Positions 38,543 to 47,360 of a stretch of DNA of 64,000 nucleotides are shown here, one piece after another. Within the stretch, counting starts at the first letter, position 1. Each line of letters starts with the position of its first letter. This stretch comes from Bacillales bacterium (lineage in GTDB: Bacteria > Bacillota_I > Bacilli_A > RF39 > UBA660), in NCBI GenBank assembly GCA_016282375.1, contig JAEEKI010000012.1, forward strand, positions 6,254 through 70,253, written 5' to 3'. The translations under genes and the position numbers were made by a program. Under the pieces are notes generated by a model. That model made no database searches. It was given only the letters and a program-made list of their open reading frames with translations, and was not told the origin of the DNA.

Positions 38543-38797
38543 TCACATTATAATCAATTTGGCTCCGTTTAAGATTCTATTTTCCTTTACGGTTTTATTG
38601 ACATCATAAACAGAACCGGTAAATCCATCAACTAATGATAGTTCTTCATTAATAGGAAAACTCCCTGAACTAATATCATTAATGGCTTTGTTTAATAAGA
38701 ATATAATTTCAATAGTCTTTTTATTGACCGGAATAAATACATTGTATTGTTCTTCAAGGGCAGGAACTATAACATCAACATTTACTTTATTTTTCAT
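38543..38797 (-). CDS. esaB: EsaB/YukD-like ubiquitin-fold T7SS protein
   Basis: 84 aa. The size, the VDVIVP...YNVFIPVNKKT...GAKLIIM beta-grasp pattern and the position next to essC all fit. Confidence 0.7.
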   Translation of the reverse strand: MKNKVNVDVIVPALEEQYNVFIPVNKKTIEIIFLLNKAINDISSGSFPINEELSLVDGFTGSVYDVNKTVKENRILNGAKLIIM

Positions 38798-38806
38798 AAT
38801 TCACAC

Positions 38807-41800
38807 CTATAACATTTCTTCTTCCGAATCATAACTTTCGACATATTTGAATAATGTTGGAATACCAGAAACAATGTTATAGCCAAAGTTATTTGGAATA
38901 TTATTAGGTAAAGATCGCGTACTAGCAAATAACTTGAATATACTTTGTTCTGCTAGACCATTACCAATCCAAATACCCCTTGTACTATTTACAATATCCT
39001 TATACCATCCATCATACTCTAGTTTCTTTAAGTTGTCAAACGTATCGACAATCACATAACTTATCTTTGATAACTTTTTCGAGTTCATTAAAGTACTGCC
39101 TACAAGGCTATCAAATTCAATACCAAGAATTGTTTTAATCTTGTTAATACCGGTAATAACCACTACCATATTGCCATAATTCTTTAAGGCATCATTATCA
39201 TACCCATTCTTAACGTAAATATCATTTAAACCATCAACAGTAGTTTTAAAACTAGCAAATACCTTATCAAAAGAACTAGTATACAATTTAGCATTTCCTG
39301 ATACATCACTTACTAATTTTTCGGCATCTATAACACAAACGACAGTATTTTTGATTGTTGACATTTCGTGCACGAACACGTTTACAAATTTTTGTAAACT
39401 ATTGATTTTAGTTGCAGATATCACAATAGAAGTTTGATTCTTTACATCTACTGAAAGAATATTTAAATTCTCTTTAGCAACACCAATTGGTACTTGATGA
39501 AGGCCCATAAATTCTGAAGATACAAACGAAGTAGTAACTTTATCTGGTAAAGTAGGAATTCTTTCTGCTTTCTTAGTATAAAGAGTATTTAAATTAGTAA
39601 TTGTTTTAGCAATAAAATCCGGTATTTCTGCTGTCTCTGTTGGATAGGCAGTTTGAAATTCATAAATACCCTCTCTTTTAGCAAGACCTCGACCAAATAT
39701 CTTACTTGGCAACACTTCACTTCTTCCCAATAATTGACGATAATCAAATTCATCGTTCATTTGTAAAACTAATTTTTCATTAAAGTTTTGAGCAACTTTC
39801 ATTCGAATATTACTTGCTGCACTAACAGTTGTTACAAACAATAATCCGTATTTTACACCTTCTCTTGTTAAGAGAATAATATCATCGGCAAAATCAGGAT
39901 ACAATTCATTAAATGATTCATAACCATTTATAATAGTAATAATAGTTGGTAACGTTTTACCACTGTTCTTACAATAATAATCATAACTTCCATTATAATC
40001 AGCAAATAGTTTTTTTCTATCAGCCATTTTCTTTTGCAGTAAACGGAATAATGTCATAAGTTGATCTTTGTCATCAGCTCCGACAATCCCACCAACATGT
40101 GGTGCTTTAGAATACATTCTCAAAGCTTCTGTACCAAAATCTAAAATATATATATTTATTTCATCTACACTATATGTAGTTATTAATGAATAAACAAGCG
40201 TAGACATTAAGTTTTCTTTTCCACTACCAATTGAACCATAAACTAATAAGTTTCCACTTTGAGATAGCGGTAAAGTTAATAGATTTTGTCTTTGTTCTTT
40301 TGGAGCATCATATTCACCTATAACAGGATTTATAACAAAAGGTACTTTGTTATAACGATATTTCTTTTTTAATACATCCACAAAGATATTAGCAGGAATT
40401 GGATCAAGCCATAATTGACGAACATCAATTTGTTCTTCATATCCCAAATCAGCTAGATAATTTAGAATACTCGTTACTTCTTCGCCTTTATGTACTCCTC
40501 TTAAATTTTGTTTATCATTATCAATACTTTTGATGCGTTCACCAATATTATCAACGAAATTAATAGAATTATCCACAATCTTCTTTCGCTTTTCAGATTC
40601 ATAATAAGGAGCTCCACACCAAGCAGATTGACCCTTAGCAAAGAACTCATTAAAGCCAACTTGAAGATAAAAACGACCAGTTTCTTTTAAGTAAGCGGCA
40701 TCCGGTGATTTAATCATATCATTACTATCTGACTTATCTTGAACTTTTAAACATACTCTAAATTTTGAGTTAGACCAAATCTGTTCATCAACAACACCAC
40801 TTGGTTTTTGAGTAGCTAAAATTAGATGGACACCTAATGAACGACCAATACGAGCCGTAGATATCAACTCATCCATAAACTCTGGTTGTTGAGCTTTTAA
40901 TTCTGCAAATTCATCAGATATAATAAACAAATGAGCAATTGGTTCTTTTACTTTACCCTCACGATATAATTTTTGATATTTATAAATATCAATCGTGCTT
41001 TCATTACAGGCATCACGAGCTTCATTAAATATTCTTTGCCGTCTTTTCAATTCACTTTGTAATGATGATAAACTCCGATTAATTTCATTTACATCAAGAT
41101 TGGTTATGGTACCTGCCAAATGTGGAAGTTTAACACCTGTTTCTTTGTTTTCAAAAGCTCCAGCTAAGCCACCACCTTTGTAGTCAATAAGTACAAATTG
41201 GACTTCATAAGGATTATAATTAACAGCCATTGACAATATATAAGTAATGATAAATTCAGATTTACCTGAACCAGTCATACCTGCGATAAGGCCATGGGGA
41301 CCATGCACCTTTTCATGTAAATCTATTTTAAATAATTCACCATTTTCATTAATACCTACCGGACAAGAAAGCGAAGTTGTCGGATCATTTTTTTGCCACC
41401 TGTTGTAAGCATTTAATTGCTCAACATTTCCTGCATTGTACATCTCTAAGAAGGTATATAAAGTTGGAAGTTCAAAAGCTTTATCGCGGGTTTCAATTGG
41501 TATATTAGAAGTAGCATATACATACCTATCAATGGTTTTGTTAATAAAGTCAGGAATAAATTCTTGCTTTTTATTAACTAATTCATTTTCGAAAATACCA
41601 CCAACCGAAGCATCAATACTAATGAATGTTGAACATTCACTTGGTAAAGAATTTAATTTATCAGTTAAATATAAAATGGTAAAACCATTAGATCGACCAG
41701 ATTTTAAGATATCATTAATTATACCTAATCTATTTGTTATATATACATCATCAGTAATAATGACATAATGTGGAAAAAATCTCGTCTTTTTTTCCGAATC

Positions 41801-43423
41801 TTGACCAGATCTATTTTGCCATTCATTTTCTAGTTCTGATGACACTCTAACAGCTTCATCAGAATCAGTAGCAAAATATCTAACAGTCTTATCATTATTC
41901 CAACAATACGGAGAATTTTTTAATTTTTCCCAATAAGAACGATTACTGTCATTAGTAAAGATGGCAATCTTTAATTCATCATATGAATGATATGCTAACA
42001 TCTGAAGAATCAATCCATCCGTATATCTTCTTAAAAGGTCAAATTTACCAATCAAAGCAGTGATATTTTTTTCTCGAAAATTCATGGTAACTGGAACATC
42101 GACAAGGGTATTATTCTTTTTAATAATGGAACGTAATTCTTCCTCTAAATCATCAGATTCCAATTCAAAATGTTCAGGAGCATAATTAATGTTTAATTTT
42201 GGTTCCACACTACCTATTCCTAAACGCAAATTTAGAAAATCATCATGTGTAACCTTTCTTTCCCAAAGATTTCTCTTACGATATAAAATAACATCGCCAA
42301 CATTATCTAAACTAACATTATTTTCAATTAAAACTCTTTTTTGATAAGTACATTCATCAATAATCTTTTTATCCAAGTCTTGTAAATAAGCATGGTATTT
42401 TTCTTGTCTTAACTTCTCTTTTTGCCGTTCTGTTTTCTTTTGATAAGCCCGATTTGCCATAGGAAAAACGAACATTGCAACAATCATACAAAAAGCTGTG
42501 ATTATTGAAGTAAAACTTTCTTTAAAGCTAGCCTCCCCAGAAAGAACTTTTGTTAAAGCCATGACACCTGTTATCGAAGAAGTCATTCCCATAATTACCA
42601 TCGGTCCAAGTGTCAAAATAATCGGGAAATCCTCACTTTCTTGCTTACGTGGAGGTCCATCAACATCAATATCTTTTGTTTCTAAAACATTACTAAAACG
42701 AGGCGGTCTAATAAAATAATCACTTTTTGAAAACAATTCTACACTTGCATCAGTTATTTTATCAACAGAGGCATAATCTAATTTATTAACTTTGTGACCA
42801 GCAAACTTATTAGTAACATATTTTACTTTATTTTCAACCGTACCTAGCATCAAAATGTTACCCACAATAGAAAAAGTTAAGCCTTCAAGAAAAACTACAT
42901 CGCCATTTTTTAAATAACAACTATTTGTAAGATAATTATTTACATAAACGTTCACACTAGGATTGAGATTTGTTAATCGACATATGCCATTTGAACGAAC
43001 AATTTCAATTTGATTATAATGAACATCAGGGTTTTCATAAGAAATATAATTGGGTTGTCCGCCTTCATTCGAGGAAGAATTACCAATGTAAAAAGTTAAA
43101 TCTCCAGTCTCAATAAAGTCTAACAAAAGCATTTTACTGTCGAATGTTTCACCAACAAAAACGCGGTATTTTTCACCACTTGCAACATCCACAAAATAAT
43201 AAAAATGATTTTCCACTAATTCGATATTATCGATAACTCTCCCATTATCTACAATTTTTATATCATCATTACTTTTGATAAACCATTTATTATTTAAGGC
43301 TTCAATATTAACTAGATTTTCATTATTCTCATTAGTTATCCAATAATTACCATAAATTCTTTGGGGTAATATGGTATTAACTAACTGGGTTTTTCCGATT
43401 AATCTAACTTTCACACTAAACAC
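38807..43423 (-). CDS. essC: T7SSb FtsK/SpoIIIE-family ATPase EssC/YukB
   Basis: 1538 aa. FHA-like N-terminus, two TM helices, three tandem FtsK-like modules. D1 has Walker A GMTGSGKSE and Walker B LFIISDEFAEL. The start may be GTG 43414. Confidence 0.93.
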   Translation of the reverse strand: MFSVKVRLIGKTQLVNTILPQRIYGNYWITNENNENLVNIEALNNKWFIKSNDDIKIVDNGRVIDNIELVENHFYYFVDVASGEKYRVFVGETFDSKMLLLDFIETGDLTFYIGNSSSNEGGQPNYISYENPDVHYNQIEIVRSNGICRLTNLNPSVNVYVNNYLTNSCYLKNGDVVFLEGLTFSIVGNILMLGTVENKVKYVTNKFAGHKVNKLDYASVDKITDASVELFSKSDYFIRPPRFSNVLETKDIDVDGPPRKQESEDFPIILTLGPMVIMGMTSSITGVMALTKVLSGEASFKESFTSIITAFCMIVAMFVFPMANRAYQKKTERQKEKLRQEKYHAYLQDLDKKIIDECTYQKRVLIENNVSLDNVGDVILYRKRNLWERKVTHDDFLNLRLGIGSVEPKLNINYAPEHFELESDDLEEELRSIIKKNNTLVDVPVTMNFREKNITALIGKFDLLRRYTDGLILQMLAYHSYDELKIAIFTNDSNRSYWEKLKNSPYCWNNDKTVRYFATDSDEAVRVSSELENEWQNRSGQDSEKKTRFFPHYVIITDDVYITNRLGIINDILKSGRSNGFTILYLTDKLNSLPSECSTFISIDASVGGIFENELVNKKQEFIPDFINKTIDRYVYATSNIPIETRDKAFELPTLYTFLEMYNAGNVEQLNAYNRWQKNDPTTSLSCPVGINENGELFKIDLHEKVHGPHGLIAGMTGSGKSEFIITYILSMAVNYNPYEVQFVLIDYKGGGLAGAFENKETGVKLPHLAGTITNLDVNEINRSLSSLQSELKRRQRIFNEARDACNESTIDIYKYQKLYREGKVKEPIAHLFIISDEFAELKAQQPEFMDELISTARIGRSLGVHLILATQKPSGVVDEQIWSNSKFRVCLKVQDKSDSNDMIKSPDAAYLKETGRFYLQVGFNEFFAKGQSAWCGAPYYESEKRKKIVDNSINFVDNIGERIKSIDNDKQNLRGVHKGEEVTSILNYLADLGYEEQIDVRQLWLDPIPANIFVDVLKKKYRYNKVPFVINPVIGEYDAPKEQRQNLLTLPLSQSGNLLVYGSIGSGKENLMSTLVYSLITTYSVDEINIYILDFGTEALRMYSKAPHVGGIVGADDKDQLMTLFRLLQKKMADRKKLFADYNGSYDYYCKNSGKTLPTIITIINGYESFNELYPDFADDIILLTREGVKYGLLFVTTVSAASNIRMKVAQNFNEKLVLQMNDEFDYRQLLGRSEVLPSKIFGRGLAKREGIYEFQTAYPTETAEIPDFIAKTITNLNTLYTKKAERIPTLPDKVTTSFVSSEFMGLHQVPIGVAKENLNILSVDVKNQTSIVISATKINSLQKFVNVFVHEMSTIKNTVVCVIDAEKLVSDVSGNAKLYTSSFDKVFASFKTTVDGLNDIYVKNGYDNDALKNYGNMVVVITGINKIKTILGIEFDSLVGSTLMNSKKLSKISYVIVDTFDNLKKLEYDGWYKDIVNSTRGIWIGNGLAEQSIFKLFASTRSLPNNIPNNFGYNIVSGIPTLFKYVESYDSEEEML

Positions 43424-43438
43424 CCTATTCTATAGAAA

Positions 43439-43467
43439 ATTATACCGTAATTTGCTATTTTATACAA
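43439..43467 (-). promoter_or_regulatory. Candidate promoter for essC
   Basis: Minus strand TTGTAT (43462-43467), 17 nt, TATAAT (43439-43444). Located just after a hairpin terminator (about 43469-43495). Confidence 0.45.
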
Positions 43468-43498
43468 GAAAAAAAGATGTATTTAGCATCTTTTCATC

Positions 43499-44782
43499 TT
43501 AATTACTACAAGAATAATTTTTCGTATTTACATAGTATGAATTAATCGCCGTATAAGTCTCTGATAATGTTTCATTATTCTCCGCTTTTAACTGCTCATT
43601 ATCTAGTTTAGCTACTAAACTAATAGTCTTATTAATTGTATCCATGATAAAGTACCCGCTTCGACCATCGATTGTAATCCGATTGTTCTCGATATTATTT
43701 AGAGCATTTTCAAAAGCTAATTCATCATCATATTGATAATTATACAATCGTAACGAATAATCTAGATTTTTACGGTTTTCATCAAAAACAAAATAATCAG
43801 TTACACTATAACCATAATCAGTTTTATTTGTAGTCTTACTTGTGCAACTTAAACTCATCGCTGGTGCTTTGTCAACCACATATAAAACAGCATAACCAAG
43901 TTTTTCGCTTCCACTGGAATGACTAACAGAAATACTGATACCATATACGCCATTTGATTTAACATTATCTTTTAGCGAAATGTTATCGGTTAAGTATTCG
44001 TATTCATTACTTGTTAAAACAAACTCATCAATTTCTGGTATGTCATTAATTTTCTTATAAACAACTTTTGTAGCAAAACTTATCTCAGGAATAGATAAAA
44101 CTTCTATTTTCGCACTATGTTTAGTACTTCCACACTTTACGGAATAATTATATGTTCCTGGTGTACTAGCATCAATACTATCTAAACCCGTAATTAAACA
44201 AGAAGAAATGTCGATTTTAGAAAAATCTCCATAATCATTAATATTATGTGATATAGTATCACCTACATAGATAGTTACATCTTTCAATGTAAATATTTTA
44301 TGATTCTTTCTAGCTAATGATAAATAGAAATATAAACCATAAGCAACGCCACCCATTAAAAGTAAAATAATCACAGCAAAAATGACTTTCTTTAATGTAT
44401 CATGTGGTTTTTTATCAGGATTTGGCGTCGTACTTTTCTTCTTTTTACCTTTCTTATTCTTTTTATCATCTAAAGGCTCAATCGGTTGAGGTGTTGGTTC
44501 AGGTTGCACCCCAGGTGTTGGTTGCATTGGTTGAGTTTGAGGCGGTACTGCGCTCTCTTGTGGGCTTGGTACATTAGTAACAGCCCCAGTTTGATTGATG
44601 GCAGGAACAGAATTTGTACCTGAGGAATTAACACTAGCGTTTTCAGGATTTGCGGTATTCGCAGCATTGGCACCATCAGATGTTGGTTCAAGTAACGGCA
44701 AAAAGTCAAGGGTATCAATAACCTCGATAGTTGTTGGATCTGTGCCAATATCACTAATCTCATTTGGAAAAACGTTATTCAT
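43499..44782 (-). CDS. Orphan type-II membrane protein (Pro/Thr/Gln-rich disordered N-terminus, K-rich patch, one TM, ~260-aa outer domain)
   Basis: AAGGGGA SD. TM VIFAVIILLLMGGVAYGLYFYL near residue 150. No family recognised. Confidence 0.7.
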   Translation of the reverse strand: MNNVFPNEISDIGTDPTTIEVIDTLDFLPLLEPTSDGANAANTANPENASVNSSGTNSVPAINQTGAVTNVPSPQESAVPPQTQPMQPTPGVQPEPTPQPIEPLDDKKNKKGKKKKSTTPNPDKKPHDTLKKVIFAVIILLLMGGVAYGLYFYLSLARKNHKIFTLKDVTIYVGDTISHNINDYGDFSKIDISSCLITGLDSIDASTPGTYNYSVKCGSTKHSAKIEVLSIPEISFATKVVYKKINDIPEIDEFVLTSNEYEYLTDNISLKDNVKSNGVYGISISVSHSSGSEKLGYAVLYVVDKAPAMSLSCTSKTTNKTDYGYSVTDYFVFDENRKNLDYSLRLYNYQYDDELAFENALNNIENNRITIDGRSGYFIMDTINKTISLVAKLDNEQLKAENNETLSETYTAINSYYVNTKNYSCSN

Positions 44783-44852
44783 TTTTTCATCCCCTTATGA
44801 TAATTAAATTATATCTTTTTTATGAATTTAATGCAATAAGAAAAGCAGTACT

Positions 44853-46598
44853 TTACTTTAATACTGCTTTAATACGTCTAACACCTGATGATGAACTTTC
44901 TTCCTTTATAATCTTAAATGTCCCTAAAACGGAAGTGTTTGCCACATGAGGGCCACCACATAATTCTTTTGAAATATCCCCTATACTATAAACAGTAACT
45001 ACATCAGGATACTTTTCAATAAACATACACTCTGCCCCGGATTTAATAGCTTCTTCCTTAGGCATTTGCTCGCACTTGACATCCAAGCCTTCCTTAATCC
45101 AATTATTAACAATTGTCTCCGCTTGATTTAACTCTTCATCACTTAGCTTATGATCACATGAAAAGTCAAAACGCATTCTTTCATCAGTAATATTTGAACC
45201 TTTTTGATGAACTTCAGGGCCAACAACTATTTTTAAGGCAGCATTTAATAAGTGTGTGGCCGTATGATATTTAGTCTCGACTTCTGAATTGCCTGCTAAT
45301 CCACCTTTAAACTTACCTGCTGAGGCAGTTCGAGATTTTTCTTGATGTTCTTTAAACATTTTTTCATAGCCTTCTTCATCAACAGACAAATTATTTTCAC
45401 TAGCTAATTCTTTAGTAAGTTCTAATGGAAAACCATAAGTATCAAATAAATGGAAGGCAACTTCACCAGTAATATTCTCCCCATTTTTAGTAAATTCACT
45501 AAATTTTCTCAATCCTTTTTCAAGGGTTCTTGTAAATTTAACTTTCTCAATAGCTAATTCTTTTAAAACAACTTCAGCATTATCTTTAAGTTCAACATAA
45601 TACTTATCATATTGATTAAGAATTATTTGAGCGATTTCACACTCCCATGAACTATTACTATCAATACCTAAAATTCTTGCATGCCTTATAGCCCGACGAA
45701 TAAGTCTCCTTAGAATATAACCTTGATCTGTATTACTTGGTTTAATACCAGCTGGATCTGCTAAAATAAAAACTGCTGTCCGAATATGGTCTGCAATGAT
45801 TCGCATACTTTTTTGATATTCACCAACATATTCTTTTTTAGAAAGTTCACATATCTTAGCAATAACATTTTGCCAAATAGAAGATTCATAATTATCTAAT
45901 TTACCTTCCAAAACCGAAGTAATTCTTTCTACTCCCATTCCTGTATCAACATTCTTCTTTGGAAGTTCAACAAATGTTCCATCACTTTTCTTTTCATATT
46001 GCATAAAGACATCATTCCAAATTTCTACCCAACGATTATCATCAGGATCAAATTCATCAGGAATAGCATCTTCACTACGAAAATAGAACATCTCACTATC
46101 TGGTCCACAAGGTCCAGTATCTCCGGCTATCCAAAAATTATCATCAACAGTCTTGGCGATTCTTTGGGGATTAATACCTAAAGAAATCCATTTATTATAT
46201 GATACTTCATCAAATGGAATATTATCATTACCTGCAAAAACAGTTACAGCTAGTCTTTCAACAGGAATGTTTAATTCTTGCGTTAAGAATTCAAAACTCC
46301 AAGATATAGCTTCTTCTTTAAAATAATCACCTAAAGACCAATTACCAAGCATTTCAAAAAAAGTATGATGAGTTTTATCACCAACTGAATCCAAATCAGT
46401 AAGTCTAATACATTTTTGATAATCACACAATCTTGTTCCATATGGATGCTTTTGACCCATTAAATATGGAATTAAAGGCATCATACCAGCTGTATTAAAT
46501 AAAACACTAGGATCGTTTTCAGGTACAACAGGTGCACTTGGAATTTGTTTGTGTCCCTTTTTAGTAAAAAAATTAATGTATAAGTCTTTTATGTTCAT
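44853..46598 (-). CDS. alaS: Alanyl-tRNA synthetase, short form (catalytic, tRNA-recognition and editing domains; no C-Ala domain)
   Basis: LFNTAGMMP, DTGMGVERI, RRLIRRA, editing-site HTATHLLN and CGGPHV. The ORF ends at 581 aa, right after the editing domain. Confidence 0.88.
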   Translation of the reverse strand: MNIKDLYINFFTKKGHKQIPSAPVVPENDPSVLFNTAGMMPLIPYLMGQKHPYGTRLCDYQKCIRLTDLDSVGDKTHHTFFEMLGNWSLGDYFKEEAISWSFEFLTQELNIPVERLAVTVFAGNDNIPFDEVSYNKWISLGINPQRIAKTVDDNFWIAGDTGPCGPDSEMFYFRSEDAIPDEFDPDDNRWVEIWNDVFMQYEKKSDGTFVELPKKNVDTGMGVERITSVLEGKLDNYESSIWQNVIAKICELSKKEYVGEYQKSMRIIADHIRTAVFILADPAGIKPSNTDQGYILRRLIRRAIRHARILGIDSNSSWECEIAQIILNQYDKYYVELKDNAEVVLKELAIEKVKFTRTLEKGLRKFSEFTKNGENITGEVAFHLFDTYGFPLELTKELASENNLSVDEEGYEKMFKEHQEKSRTASAGKFKGGLAGNSEVETKYHTATHLLNAALKIVVGPEVHQKGSNITDERMRFDFSCDHKLSDEELNQAETIVNNWIKEGLDVKCEQMPKEEAIKSGAECMFIEKYPDVVTVYSIGDISKELCGGPHVANTSVLGTFKIIKEESSSSGVRRIKAVLK

Positions 46599-47119
46599 TG
46601 TAGTGTCTCCAAATATTTAAATACCTTATCTCTTAAACTCTCTAATGTATCATTAGCTAAAGTATAATCAAATTCATCATAATTCTCTAATGCTGTTTCG
46701 GTAATATGTGATTGTTGTTCTAATGAAAGTGTACTATTGCCAAATTGATTAACAACGTAAATAGCATAAACTTCATCATAGTTTTCTTTAATTTCTTCGA
46801 TTTCTTCAGGCATTCTAACATCAGCAATTACTAAATCACTAACGTATTCTTGATATATTGAAATATCTTTAATCATATTCGAAGTTAAAAAATAAGGATC
46901 TTTCCTACGAATTTTATCACCTAGTTCTTGCATAAAATCACGTGGCTTGTTAGCATCTGTTCCATCCCAATCCGTTAGTTCTCTAGCAAATTGTTTAATA
47001 TATTTACTATAACTTGTAATAGCACACTCCTCAAGTTTGTATGTATAATACTCCTTTATTAATTTGGCTACTTCTCCTTTTCCACTTCCTGCTTTACCAG
47101 CAACTAAAAATATTCTCAT
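46595..47119 (-). CDS. P-loop kinase resembling phage-type dNMP kinase (T4 gp1-like)
   Basis: MRIFLVAGKAGSGKGEVA Walker A. LVIADVRMPEEIEEI and SHITETAL resemble the gp1 motifs DTRQ...E and THITE. Start set at ATG 47119; the track's upstream extension is T-box RNA. Overlaps the alaS start. Confidence 0.55.
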   Translation of the reverse strand: MRIFLVAGKAGSGKGEVAKLIKEYYTYKLEECAITSYSKYIKQFARELTDWDGTDANKPRDFMQELGDKIRRKDPYFLTSNMIKDISIYQEYVSDLVIADVRMPEEIEEIKENYDEVYAIYVVNQFGNSTLSLEQQSHITETALENYDEFDYTLANDTLESLRDKVFKYLETLQ

Positions 47120-47124
47120 ACTCT

Positions 47125-47335
47125 CTTCCTTTCTTAAAAAATAAAAAGGATAATACCAAGGAGCCAAATCGGCGGTACCATCCTTTATTTTACTTTATAG
47201 TTTTATAGGTCTTCACCATTTAATCTTCGAAAGCAGCAAACATTAAATAATATTTATTCTCTTTCACCAATTAAGAACTCTCTTTAAAATATTATTAAAC
47301 ATCATCTTTCATCAACAATTACATCTATAGTTTAA
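47125..47335 (-). promoter_or_regulatory. T-box leader (probable Ala specifier GCU) with terminator/antiterminator
   Basis: The minus strand carries an AGAGAG/GGUGAAAGAGA stem-I-like region. UUUGCUGCUUUC lies at 47229-47240. The T-box sequence AAAGGAUGGUACCGCC lies at 47171-47186. The terminator AAAGGAUGGUACC...GGUAUUAUCCUUU plus U-run lies at 47136-47186, just before the SD of the kinase gene. Confidence 0.75.
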
Positions 47336-47360
47336 CACATATTAATTATTTTGCAAGTAA

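Noticed and set aside
43499-44782. Calling the 427-aa protein EssB/YukC
   Set aside because: EssB has a folded pseudokinase N-domain and a mid-protein TM helix. This protein instead has a disordered Pro-rich N-terminus, and a terminator separates it from essC. I kept it only as a hypothesis.
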